Below, one piece after another: positions 11,346 through 20,610 of a stretch of DNA of 64,000 nt. Both the position numbers and the translations under genes were made by a program. Every line of letters begins with the position of its first letter. The first letter of the stretch is position 1. The DNA is from Candidatus Omnitrophota bacterium. GTDB taxonomy: Bacteria > Omnitrophota > Gorgyraeia > JAFGHF01. The stretch lies in NCBI GenBank assembly GCA_020341815.1, contig CP070837.1:1108575-1172574 (forward strand), written 5' to 3'. Under the pieces are notes generated by a model. That model did no database searches. It was not told the origin of the DNA and saw nothing but the letters and a program-made list of their open reading frames with translations.

Positions 11346-11810
11346 ATGTCAAGATCTCAAGGCGATAAGTTTATTCTTACTAAAGAGCTGGGAAGACTGG
11401 CGAAGTGGCTGCGTATCTTAGGATATGACGCCAGCTTTTACCGGCAGGATAATGTAAGCACCCTGATTATCACCGCCTTGCGCGAGGAAAGAATTATCTT
11501 AACGCGCAATTTGCGCATCAGCCGCTTTCCCGGGCCGAAGATAGTAATAGTTAAGTCCGATTTTGTGAATAAGCAGATAAAGCAGGTTATCCGTCAGCTC
11601 AAGCTTAAGCCTAGGCCTAAAGATATGTTCAGGCGCTGCGTCATCTGCAATGTGGAATTGAAAGAGATTGCCAAAACCCGCATCAAGAGTAAGGTTCCCG
11701 AATATGTTTATAAAACCCAGAAGGATTTTACGAATTGCCCTCGTTGTAAAAAAGTTTACTGGCAGGGAACGCACTGGGGCAATGCCAAAAAATACTTAGG
11801 AAAGATTTAG
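11346..11810 (+). CDS. Mut7-C RNase domain protein (DUF82-like)
   Basis: LGRLAKWLRILGYD, RC..CN and C..C.KVYW.GTHW zinc-ribbon motifs. Confidence 0.85.
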   Translation: MSRSQGDKFILTKELGRLAKWLRILGYDASFYRQDNVSTLIITALREERIILTRNLRISRFPGPKIVIVKSDFVNKQIKQVIRQLKLKPRPKDMFRRCVICNVELKEIAKTRIKSKVPEYVYKTQKDFTNCPRCKKVYWQGTHWGNAKKYLGKI

Positions 11811-11811
11811 G

Positions 11812-13041
11812 ATGTTCGTTGCCGATTTCCATATCCATTCCAAATACAGCCGGGCCACAAGCAAAGAGATGGAACTAGACCGTCTTGCGCCGTGGGCCAA
11901 GCTCAAAGGCATTTCCCTTTTGGGCACGGGGGATTTTACGCATTATCTATGGCTTCAGGAATTAAAATCAAAGTTGAAGACGGCGGGAGGAGGAATATTT
12001 TCCTATCAGGGGATAAATTTTATCCTCACTGCAGAAGTAAGCAACATCTATTCAAAAAACGGACGGGGCAGGCGTGTGCACAATATTATCTTTGCCCCTG
12101 ACTTTGAGGCGGTGGATAAGATTAACAATGAGCTGGCCGGCTTCGGCAATCTTTCCTCGGACGGACGGCCGATGCTGGGATTGGATTGCGTCTCTCTTGT
12201 AGAGATAGTCAAGGAGGCGCACCCGAAGTGCTTTATCGTGCCTTCACATGCCTGGACGCCCTGGTATAGCGTCTTCGGCTCAAACTCCGGATTTGATAGT
12301 ATTGAGGAGTGTTTTGAGCAATACACTCACGACATATTCGCCATAGAGACCGGTTTATCGTCGGATCCGGCAATGAACTGGCGCCTGAAGAGTTTAGACA
12401 GATTTAGCCTGATAAGCAATTCCGATGCCCACAGCCCTTCCCGCCTGGGCAGAGAAGCAAATGTGTTTGACTGCCCAATGGATTATTATGAAATCCTGGA
12501 TACCTTGAAAAACAAGGATAAAAAGAGATTCCTCTATACAATAGAGTTTTTCCCCGAGGAGGGTAAGTATCATTACGACGGCCACAGGAATTGTAATATC
12601 CTTTATTCTCCCGTTGAAACCAAAAAGAACAATAATATCTGTCCGGTGTGCAAACGTTCATTGACCGTCGGGGTGATGCACAGGGTCGATGTGCTCGCCG
12701 ACAGGCCCGAAGGATTTGTTCTGGAGGGCGCTATTCCCTATAAAAACTTGATTCCTTTGGATGAGATTATCGCCGAGAGCAAAGGGGTAAACAAAACCGC
12801 TCAATCCGTAGAGCAGGAATACCGCCTGTTAACTCAGAAGTTGGGCAGTGAGTTCGATATCTTAAGCAATATTACGGAAGAGGAGCTGCTTAAGGCCTGC
12901 GCTCCCCGCCTGGTGCAGGGCATCTTGAATGTGCGCCGGGGCAAGGTGAAGATTACCCCCGGATACGACGGGGTTTACGGAAAGATAGAAATATTCGGCG
13001 AAGAAGATAAGAAGCCGGAAGAACAGATGACCTTCTTTTAA
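11812..13041 (+). CDS. PHP-domain endonuclease Q family protein
   Basis: ADFHIHSKYSRATS, GTGDFTH, ETGLSSDP.MN, SNSDAHSP, PGYDGVYG. Confidence 0.88.
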   Translation: MFVADFHIHSKYSRATSKEMELDRLAPWAKLKGISLLGTGDFTHYLWLQELKSKLKTAGGGIFSYQGINFILTAEVSNIYSKNGRGRRVHNIIFAPDFEAVDKINNELAGFGNLSSDGRPMLGLDCVSLVEIVKEAHPKCFIVPSHAWTPWYSVFGSNSGFDSIEECFEQYTHDIFAIETGLSSDPAMNWRLKSLDRFSLISNSDAHSPSRLGREANVFDCPMDYYEILDTLKNKDKKRFLYTIEFFPEEGKYHYDGHRNCNILYSPVETKKNNNICPVCKRSLTVGVMHRVDVLADRPEGFVLEGAIPYKNLIPLDEIIAESKGVNKTAQSVEQEYRLLTQKLGSEFDILSNITEEELLKACAPRLVQGILNVRRGKVKITPGYDGVYGKIEIFGEEDKKPEEQMTFF

Positions 13042-13042
13042 G

Positions 13043-13528
13043 ATGAATATCGCAATAGTCTATTATTCTTATAGCGGCAACACCCATAAGGCCGCAGGAG
13101 TTCTGGAAGAAATCCTGAAAGAGCGCGGCAATTCCGTAAGGCGCCTGAGGCTTGAGGCCTCCGGTGAATCCAGGAACTTCTTTGTTCAGGTCGTGCGCAG
13201 CCTGTTCAGGAGAAAAGCGGAAACCGCTCCTATAGAGAGAGATTTTTCCGGGTACGATTTGGTGATTTTCGCCACGCCTGTATGGGCCAGGGAAATGGTT
13301 CCGGCAATGCGGGAGTTTTTAGGGAAGATCGAAGGATTAAGCGGCAAAAAGGCCATAACCTTTGTTACCTACGGCAGCGGATTCGGCAAGGAGCATTGCC
13401 TGGATTCTCTGGAGAGCGTCCTGCAACAAAAGGGTGCAGCTTGCCTGGGGAGGTTTTCCATTAGCCAGGATAAGGTAGGCGACAAAGCACTAATCGAAGA
13501 TTCACTTAATAAAATTATGCGCCTGTAG
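13043..13528 (+). CDS. Flavodoxin-like protein
   Basis: IVYYSYSGNT and YDLVIFATPVW motifs. The last 10 nt overlap tRNA-Arg. Confidence 0.8.
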   Translation: MNIAIVYYSYSGNTHKAAGVLEEILKERGNSVRRLRLEASGESRNFFVQVVRSLFRRKAETAPIERDFSGYDLVIFATPVWAREMVPAMREFLGKIEGLSGKKAITFVTYGSGFGKEHCLDSLESVLQQKGAACLGRFSISQDKVGDKALIEDSLNKIMRL

Positions 13529-13594
13529 CTCAGTTGGATAGAGCACCGGCCTCCGGAGCCGGGTGGATGGGTTCGAGTCCCCTCAGGCGCGCCA
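13519..13594 (+). tRNA. tRNA-Arg(CCG)
   Basis: Acceptor stem GCGCCTG/CAGGCGC; anticodon arm CCGGC-CTCCGGA-GCCGG; TTCGA T-loop; encoded CCA. Confidence 0.92.
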
Positions 13595-13746
13595 GATTAT
13601 ATTCTTTCGAGGGGACGAGAGGGGAGCGAACGCCGACCAAGGGGAGGAAAAACGAGCACCACGATAGTGGTGCGAAGTGACAGTGAGCGGGTGGCCGACC
13701 TTTTTCGACGATAGGAGAAAAAGGCGCCGAGTTCCCTCAGGCGCGC
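13574..13746 (+). repeat. Duplicated tRNA-Arg 3' end bracketing a ~135-bp structured insert
   Basis: CGAGTCCCCTCAGGCGCGC (13574-13592) versus CGAGTTCCCTCAGGCGCGC (13728-13746), 18/19 identical. Confidence 0.75.
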
Positions 13747-13767
13747 TGTATAATCCAAGGAGTGTTA

Positions 13768-14211
13768 ATGAACATAGCGGTAATCGGCGGGCATAGCTGT
13801 TCAAAAGATATGGCTAGGATTGCTGAGGAAATAGGTAAGGCAATCGCTCAATTGGGCGCTACCTTAATCTCCGGGGGATTAACAGGCGTAATGGAGGCCT
13901 CCTGCAAAGGAGCAAAGTCCGCCGGGGGAAAGACTATCGGGATTTTGCCCGGACATGACAAAGCCGAGGCCAATCCTTATGTGGATATCCCCATTGTTAC
14001 GGGCTTAGGCTATATGCGCAATAACCTGGTGGTAAAGAACGCCGATATTATCATTGCTATCGACGGCAAAGAGGGTACGCTTTCGGAAATAGCCTTTGCC
14101 CTGCAGATGAAAAAGCCGGTCTTGGGTATCGATAGCTGGAATATCCCCGGCGTAATTAAGGTGAAGGATGCCCCTTCAGTAATTGACTGGATAAAAAAGA
14201 GGAGAAAATAG
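13768..14211 (+). CDS. LOG/SLOG-family nucleotide-binding protein (TIGR00725-like)
   Basis: GGLTGVMEASCKGA, IGILPG, RNNLVV, GTLSEIAFA; AAGGAG RBS. Confidence 0.85.
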   Translation: MNIAVIGGHSCSKDMARIAEEIGKAIAQLGATLISGGLTGVMEASCKGAKSAGGKTIGILPGHDKAEANPYVDIPIVTGLGYMRNNLVVKNADIIIAIDGKEGTLSEIAFALQMKKPVLGIDSWNIPGVIKVKDAPSVIDWIKKRRK

Positions 14212-14212
14212 A

Positions 14213-15022
14213 TTGCCGGAATTACCCGAAGTTGAAACTATCCGACGGGATTTAATCAGAGATGTTAAGGGCAAAAAAGTCAAAGATGTAGAAATCTTAA
14301 ATCCCCGGGTGATTAAGGAGCCCTCTCCGTCAGAGTTTAAGAGGCGTATTAAAGGCAGCTCTTTTCGTGATTTCTTACGCCGGGCAAAGGTTTTGGCTAT
14401 TAAGCTTTCCAGCGGCGATTATCTGGTCGTGCATTTGCGCATGACGGGGCAGCTGGTATATTCCGCAAAAAAAGAAGAAAAGGCGCGGGTAATTTTTGAT
14501 TTGTCCGGCGGCAAATATTTAAGCTTTAACGACCAGCGCCTGTTTGCCGAGCTGCGTTTAGTTCGCGACTGGCAGAAAATGAAGTTTGTAAAGGGATTGG
14601 GCCCCGAGCCCTTAGAGAAAAGCTTTACCGCTGGCAAGTTCGGGGACATATTGAAGAATAAAAAGACCAAAATCAAACCGCTTTTAATGGATCAGACCTT
14701 TATCGCCGGGATTGGTAATCTCTATGCCCAGGAGGCGCTATTTCAGGCGGGTATTTCACCGGGGCGCGCGGCCAATAAATTAAATGATGCAGAAGTTAAG
14801 AAACTATACACCGCCATTCAGAAAGTCCTGCACGATGCCATTCGGTATCACGGCTCATCCGTCGATGAATATGTAAACGGCCGGGGCGAAAAAGGGGAAT
14901 ATCATTTGCGTCTTAAGGTCTATGGCCGAGAGGGTAAGCCTTGCTCAAGATGTAAGAGCAAAATAAAGAAGGTTAGTATGGGTGGCAGGGGAACCTGCTT
15001 TTGTCCAAAATGTCAAAAATAA
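14213..15022 (+). CDS. mutM: Formamidopyrimidine-DNA glycosylase
   Basis: N-terminal PELPEVE, HLRMTG, GIGNLYA.E and a C-terminal zinc finger ending CPKCQ. Confidence 0.96.
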   Translation: MPELPEVETIRRDLIRDVKGKKVKDVEILNPRVIKEPSPSEFKRRIKGSSFRDFLRRAKVLAIKLSSGDYLVVHLRMTGQLVYSAKKEEKARVIFDLSGGKYLSFNDQRLFAELRLVRDWQKMKFVKGLGPEPLEKSFTAGKFGDILKNKKTKIKPLLMDQTFIAGIGNLYAQEALFQAGISPGRAANKLNDAEVKKLYTAIQKVLHDAIRYHGSSVDEYVNGRGEKGEYHLRLKVYGREGKPCSRCKSKIKKVSMGGRGTCFCPKCQK

Positions 15023-15807
15023 TTCAGGGAAAGTTTAAGATAGTATCCAACAAAAAAGCAGGCTGCGATTATTATAAAATGACAATTTCGGCTCGGGAAG
15101 TTGTTAAGGCAGCCTCTCCCGGTCAATTTGTACACCTGCGTTGTATAGAGGGTAATCAACCTTTGTTGAGGCGCCCTTTCAGCTTTCACCGCCTCAATAG
15201 TGATAATTTTGAAATCCTCTATGAGGTTGTCGGCCAGGGCACGCGCCTTTTGACAAAAAGAAAAAAGGGTGAAAAAATAGATGTTTTGGGCCCCTTAGGC
15301 AACGGCTTTGATGTAAAAGGGGCGAATATAATTTTAGTCGCCGGTGGCATGGGTGTTGCCCCCCTTTTTGCCCTGGCAGAACATATAGTTCACAGTTCAC
15401 AGTTCATAGTTCATAGTAAAAAGAAAAAACTATACGTGTTAATTGGCGCAAGAAAGAAGAACCATATTCTTTGCGAAAGAGATTTTAGAAGATTAGGGAC
15501 AGAGGTTTTGGTTTCTACCGAAGACGGCTCTAAAGGTAGGAGAGGTCTAATTACAGATTCTTTGAAGTCTTTACTATCGACTATCGACTATCGACTATCG
15601 ACTATTTACGCCTGCGGCCCCAAAGAGATGCTTAAGGAATTGAGCAATATAAGCGCCCGTTTTAATATATCCGCTTACGGCTCTTTGGAGGAGAATATGG
15701 CCTGCGGCGTGGGCGCTTGTTTAGGTTGCGCCGTAGAAACAAAGCGGGGATATGAGCGCATCTGCAAAGAGGGGCCGGTGTTTAATCTTAAGGATATTAA
15801 ATGGTAA
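15010..15807 (+). CDS. pyrK: Dihydroorotate dehydrogenase electron transfer subunit
   Basis: LLRRPFS, GPLGNGF, AGGMGVAPL and the 2Fe-2S motif MACGVGACLGC...C.EGPVF. Confidence 0.93.
   Translation: MSKIIQGKFKIVSNKKAGCDYYKMTISAREVVKAASPGQFVHLRCIEGNQPLLRRPFSFHRLNSDNFEILYEVVGQGTRLLTKRKKGEKIDVLGPLGNGFDVKGANIILVAGGMGVAPLFALAEHIVHSSQFIVHSKKKKLYVLIGARKKNHILCERDFRRLGTEVLVSTEDGSKGRRGLITDSLKSLLSTIDYRLSTIYACGPKEMLKELSNISARFNISAYGSLEENMACGVGACLGCAVETKRGYERICKEGPVFNLKDIKW
15385..15417 (+). repeat. Heptamer tandem repeat (AYAGTTC)n inside pyrK
   Basis: ATAGTTC ACAGTTC ACAGTTC ATAGTTC ATAGT, encoding IVHSSQFIVHS. Confidence 0.85.
15573..15605 (+). repeat. Heptamer tandem repeat (ACTATCG)n inside pyrK
   Basis: Four perfect ACTATCG copies plus ACTAT, encoding LSTIDYRLSTI. 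Confidence 0.9.
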
Positions 15808-16721
15808 AGAAAAAAACTAAAAGCCGTCTTTCGGTCTCAATTGGAAAATTAAAGCTGAAGAATCCAGTACTCGTAGCCTCGGGCACATTCGGCTACGGCC
15901 AGGAATATAAAGACTTAGTTCCCCTTAAAAAATTAGGCGGCATAATCACCAAGACTATTACCCTTAAGCCGCGCAAAGGAAATCCTCCTCCGCGCATTGC
16001 CGAGACCTATTTAGGCATGATTAATGCTATCGGCCTGGAAAACCCGGGCCTGGAGGTATTTCTCAAGGAGAAATTGCCCTTTCTGCAAAAACTCGGTATC
16101 CCTGTAATTGTCAGTATCGCCGCAGAAACCCCTGAGGAGTTTTCCGAGATGGCTGAGCGATTAAGTAAAGTAAAATCTGTTTCCGCCCTGGAATTAAATA
16201 TCTCCTGCCCGAACCTGGGTAAAAAGGGGTTGATTTCCCAAGATGCAGAAGCTACTTACGAGATAGTTCGCGCGGTAAAAAAGGCAGCGGGATTAACCAT
16301 AATTACCAAGTTGTCCCCGAACGTAACCGATATTACCGAGATTGCCCGTGCAGCAGAGGAGGCAGGGAGCGATTGCTTGTCTTTAGTAAATACATTTTTT
16401 GCCATGGCCGTGGATATAAAAACACGAAAGCCAAAATTGGCCAATGTCACCGGCGGATTAAGCGGGCCGGCGATAAAGCCGCAGGCCCTCTGGATGGTCC
16501 GAGAGGTGTATCAGGCAGTAAGTATACCTCTTATCGGTATGGGCGGGATTATGAATGCTCGCGACGCCTTGGAGTTTATTATCTGCGGGGCGAATGCCAT
16601 AGCAGTTGGCACAGGCAATTTTGTCAATCCCCGCGCCGGCATAGAGATTGTTGAGGGTATCGAAAGATACCTGAAGGAAAACAAAATCAAAAACATTAAG
16701 GAGCTGATGGGAAAATTATGA
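15801..16721 (+). CDS. pyrD: Dihydroorotate dehydrogenase, family 1B catalytic subunit
   Basis: ASGTFGYG, GNPPPRI.ET, NAIGLENPG, ELNISCPN, GGLSGPAIKP. Confidence 0.96.
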   Translation: MVKKKTKSRLSVSIGKLKLKNPVLVASGTFGYGQEYKDLVPLKKLGGIITKTITLKPRKGNPPPRIAETYLGMINAIGLENPGLEVFLKEKLPFLQKLGIPVIVSIAAETPEEFSEMAERLSKVKSVSALELNISCPNLGKKGLISQDAEATYEIVRAVKKAAGLTIITKLSPNVTDITEIARAAEEAGSDCLSLVNTFFAMAVDIKTRKPKLANVTGGLSGPAIKPQALWMVREVYQAVSIPLIGMGGIMNARDALEFIICGANAIAVGTGNFVNPRAGIEIVEGIERYLKENKIKNIKELMGKL

Positions 16722-17422
16722 GCGCTAAATTAATCGTTGCCTTAGATGCCGATGAGTTAAAGGCCGCGGAAGAATTGGTGGATGTGCTTATCTCAAAAGT
16801 AAAAATCTTTAAGGTGGGCAGCCAGCTCTTTACTGCCGCAGGACCTGAAGTTTTAGAGATGATTCGGCAAAAGGGGGCTGAGGTATTTCTGGATTTAAAG
16901 TTTCACGATATCCCCAATACCGTTGCCCGCGCCGTAGAGGCCGCCTGCCGACATAATCCGCTTTTGCTTACCGTGCATACCTTAGGCGCCAGCCGGATGT
17001 TGGCTGCGGCTGTTGAGGGACGTAACAAGGCAGGTACTGAGACAAAGATATTAGGCGTGACCATCCTTACCAGTATGGACAAGGGCCAGCTGGAGGAAAT
17101 AGGCCTATCCGCCAGTGTAAATGAAGAAGTATTGTGTCTGGCCAATATGGCTAAAGGAGTAGGATTAGATGGGGTTGTGGCCTCGCCTCAAGAGGTGGGA
17201 ATTCTGCGCCAGGCTACAGGAGAAGACTTTATTATCGCCACTCCGGGGGTGCGCCCGGTGAGGCCCTTACAGGATGACCAGAGACGGACAATGCAGGCAA
17301 AGGAGGCGGTTTTAGCCGGGGCTAATTATCTGGTAGTGGGCCGGCCGATTACTCAAAATGCCGACCCTCTTGCCGCCGCAGAAAAAATGATAGAGGAGAT
17401 AGAAGATGCCTCAGGTGCTTAA
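16718..17422 (+). CDS. pyrF: Orotidine-5'-phosphate decarboxylase
   Basis: LIVALD, FLDLKFHDIPNTV, TPGVRP, VVGRPI. Confidence 0.97.
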   Translation: MSAKLIVALDADELKAAEELVDVLISKVKIFKVGSQLFTAAGPEVLEMIRQKGAEVFLDLKFHDIPNTVARAVEAACRHNPLLLTVHTLGASRMLAAAVEGRNKAGTETKILGVTILTSMDKGQLEEIGLSASVNEEVLCLANMAKGVGLDGVVASPQEVGILRQATGEDFIIATPGVRPVRPLQDDQRRTMQAKEAVLAGANYLVVGRPITQNADPLAAAEKMIEEIEDASGA

Positions 17423-17966
17423 GATATTTAAAGATGCCGGTGCACTTTTAGAGGGGCATTTTCTCCTTTCCAGTGGCCTGCACAGCAGGCAGTATCTGCA
17501 GTGTGCCAGGGTATTGGAAAATCCGCAAATTACAGCCAGGCTTTGCGAGCAATTGGCCCGGGGCTTTAAAAAAGATAAAATCAGCGCTGTTATCGGCCCG
17601 GCAATGGGCGGGATTATCCTGGCCTATGAGCTGGCCCGCGCCTTGGGCGCGCGCGCCCTTTTTGCCGAAAGAGAATCGGGGAAGATGCGTCTTAGGCGGG
17701 GATTTTCGCTTTCCCCCAAAGATAATGTCTTAATCTGCGAAGATGTAATTACGACGGGTGGCTCGGTTAGTGAAGTGATTGAGGCAGTAAAAGCCACGGG
17801 TGCTGAGATAAGGGCTGTTTGTTCCCTGGCCGATAGAAGCCGGGATAAAATAGACTTTGGCGTGAGATTGGTGAGCCTGATTAAATTGGAGTTCGAAACT
17901 TACCGCTCCGATGAGTGCCCGCTTTGCAAACAAAAAATAGCATTAACAAAGCCCGGCAGCCGATAA
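17406..17966 (+). CDS. pyrE: Orotate phosphoribosyltransferase
   Basis: GHFLLSSGLHS.QY.QC and the PRPP loop ICEDVITTGGS. Confidence 0.95.
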   Translation: MPQVLKIFKDAGALLEGHFLLSSGLHSRQYLQCARVLENPQITARLCEQLARGFKKDKISAVIGPAMGGIILAYELARALGARALFAERESGKMRLRRGFSLSPKDNVLICEDVITTGGSVSEVIEAVKATGAEIRAVCSLADRSRDKIDFGVRLVSLIKLEFETYRSDECPLCKQKIALTKPGSR

Positions 17967-17967
17967 T

Positions 17968-18216
17968 ATGAAAAAAGAAATTTTTAGCAATCTGCAGTTA
18001 ATTAGCGAATTAGGCCTGGCCATAGCCATCCCGGTAATTATTGCGGTTTTAGTCGGAGCGTATCTGGACAGAAAATTTGCCTTATCGGGCATATTCACTT
18101 TGATTTTTCTTATTTTCGGCCTCGGCGGCGGATTCCTGGGGGCTTATCGCCTGATTAAAAAGGCGGCGCAGGCGGGTAATAAGGATGCAGAGATTAAAGA
18201 GAAGAATAACAATTGA
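17968..18216 (+). CDS. AtpZ/AtpI-family small membrane protein
   Basis: Two hydrophobic helices with G.YLD.KF; first gene of the atp cluster. Confidence 0.75.
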   Translation: MKKEIFSNLQLISELGLAIAIPVIIAVLVGAYLDRKFALSGIFTLIFLIFGLGGGFLGAYRLIKKAAQAGNKDAEIKEKNNN

Positions 18217-18550
18217 GACCCTGATTTTGGCGGGTATTTTGAGCTTTCTATTTCTGGCCTGGGGCAGAGCTATTATAGCTTTGGGAATTTCGATCGGTGT
18301 TTTTACGGGGATAGGGTGCTTTAGGCTTTTAGCTAAGCATATTTCCGCAAGCGCCTCCCGCAACTTACAGAAAATTAAAGCTTATTTTTTTCTCAAATAT
18401 TTAACCAGATATGCTATAATGGGAACAATTCTTTTTTTGTGCGCAAAGTTTAGCTTAAAACTTTTTTTAGGCGTCTCGGCGGGATTGTTACTTATTCCGA
18501 TTGCAGTTTTTAAAACCACATATAAAGAATGCAAAACCCAGGTCAAATAA
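18185..18550 (+). CDS. atpI: ATP synthase subunit I-like membrane protein
   Basis: Four hydrophobic segments; located directly before atpB. Confidence 0.65.
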   Translation: MQRLKRRITIETLILAGILSFLFLAWGRAIIALGISIGVFTGIGCFRLLAKHISASASRNLQKIKAYFFLKYLTRYAIMGTILFLCAKFSLKLFLGVSAGLLLIPIAVFKTTYKECKTQVK

Positions 18551-19236
18551 TTACCAGAACAGTCGGTATTCCCGGAACGGATTTTTCTCTCGGCTTTAAT
18601 CCGCAGACCGTAATAATGAGCTGGTGGGTAATTTCGGCTATTATTTTGCTTATCTTTATTCTAACCAGGCCCTTAAAGCTCCTTCCCGGACGGCGTCAGG
18701 TCGTTATGGAAGCTTTAATTGCCTGGTTTGACGGGATGGCAAAAGAGGCTCTGGGTAAAGACGGGCGCGCCTTTTTGCCGCTGATTTTGACCTTGTTTCT
18801 GTTTGTCCTTATCTCTAATTGGTGTTCGGTTGTTCCCGGACTCACCTCCCCGACCCGTGATTTGAATACCTGCCTGGGCCTGGGCCTTCTGGTGTTTTTC
18901 ACCAGCCATATCTGGAGCATCAGAATAAACGGCCTGCGCCGATATCTTGCCCGGTATTTTCAGCCCTACTGGTTTATGTTTCCTTCAAATATCTTTTCCG
19001 AAATCGGCAAGCTTCTTTCGCATTCATTTCGTCTTTTTGGTAATATTTTTGCCGGCGGGATAATTATCGCCGTTATTCCGTTAATCTTAGTTCAGCTTTT
19101 TAAGACTTTAGGTATTCCTTTAGGTGTTTTAACAATGCCTGTGGTTAAGGCCTTCTTTGGTTTGTTTATCGGCGGCATTCAGGCTTTTGTCTTTTCTATG
19201 CTGGCGTTGACATATATTGCAGTGTTAAAAGAATAA
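18529..19236 (+). CDS. atpB: F0 subunit a
   Basis: SPTRDLNT, LSHSFRLFGNIFAG, IQAFVF.ML..Y. Confidence 0.95.
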   Translation: MQNPGQIITRTVGIPGTDFSLGFNPQTVIMSWWVISAIILLIFILTRPLKLLPGRRQVVMEALIAWFDGMAKEALGKDGRAFLPLILTLFLFVLISNWCSVVPGLTSPTRDLNTCLGLGLLVFFTSHIWSIRINGLRRYLARYFQPYWFMFPSNIFSEIGKLLSHSFRLFGNIFAGGIIIAVIPLILVQLFKTLGIPLGVLTMPVVKAFFGLFIGGIQAFVFSMLALTYIAVLKE

Positions 19237-19563
<327 letters not shown>

Positions 19564-19569
19564 TTAAAA

Positions 19570-20043
19570 ATGAACTTAAACGCTACGTTAATTATCGAAG
19601 TCTTAAGTTTTTTAATTTTACTGGGACTTTTAGTTAAGTTCCTCTATCGGCCTGTATTAGGCGTACTGGATAAAAGAGCCGATGAGATTAGGCAGAAAAA
19701 TCGCCAAATCCAGGAGAGTCTCTCTCGGGCAGAAGACCAGCGTCTTAAGGCCGAGGAAATTCTGGCAGAATCTAAAAATGAGGCTTTACAGATAAGAGAG
19801 AGAATAAGTCTTGACGCCGAAGAGTTGCGCCATAAGATTATAAACCAAGCCAAGGAAGAGGCGGATAAAGTTTTGAGCTCCTGCCGTGAAGAGATTTTCA
19901 GGGAAACGCAGAAGCTGAAAGAAAAGATTAAAGATGAGGCGGTGGATTTATCAATTAAAGCAGCCGAGCAGATTCTGCGTCGGGAGTTTTCTCCTAAAGA
20001 CCAGAAGCGCCTGATCGAAGAGCTGACCGAGGATATAAAGTGA
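19570..20043 (+). CDS. atpF: F0 subunit b
   Basis: N-terminal TM helix, F.Y.P..LD.R motif, coiled coil, operon position. Confidence 0.9.
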   Translation: MNLNATLIIEVLSFLILLGLLVKFLYRPVLGVLDKRADEIRQKNRQIQESLSRAEDQRLKAEEILAESKNEALQIRERISLDAEELRHKIINQAKEEADKVLSSCREEIFRETQKLKEKIKDEAVDLSIKAAEQILRREFSPKDQKRLIEELTEDIK

Positions 20044-20582
20044 GAGAGACGGTTTTAGCGGAAAAATATGCCAAGGCCTTAATCGCCTGTGCTCAAGAGG
20101 CAAATATAATTGACCAGCTGGAGGTGGAGCTTGTAATGTTTGAGGGCATCCTCACCAAGCAAACATCCTTACAGGAGCTCCTGCGCAGCCCCCTCGTTCC
20201 TCTCAGAGAAAAAACAGGGCTTTTGCAAACCATATTTAAATCACAATGGATATCGTCTGAATTAAAAGGCTTTTTGCTGCTTTTGTTAGAGGCAGGGCGC
20301 TTTAATCTATTTAGCCAGATTTATCAGATTTATAAAGATTTGATTTATTCCCTGCGCAGAAGATTAAAGGTTATTGCGGAGAGCGCTTTTCATTTAAGTA
20401 CAAATCAGAAAAGCGTGCTTAAACAAAAGCTCGCCCGGATTTATCGAAGAAAGATTGACCTTCTTGAGCGCTTAAACCCTGAGCTTGTCGGGGGCGCGCG
20501 CATTTATGTCGGCCACACACGCTTCGATAGCACACTCCAGAGGCAGCTTGCGCTGTTAGGGGCTCAGATGAAGGGGGCTTGA
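20040..20582 (+). CDS. atpH: F1 subunit delta
   Basis: A.KYAKAL and PELVGG...FDS motifs; operon position. Confidence 0.9.
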   Translation: MRETVLAEKYAKALIACAQEANIIDQLEVELVMFEGILTKQTSLQELLRSPLVPLREKTGLLQTIFKSQWISSELKGFLLLLLEAGRFNLFSQIYQIYKDLIYSLRRRLKVIAESAFHLSTNQKSVLKQKLARIYRRKIDLLERLNPELVGGARIYVGHTRFDSTLQRQLALLGAQMKGA

Positions 20583-20610
20583 CCAAAAAAGGGAGTCAGA
20601 CACTTTTGAT

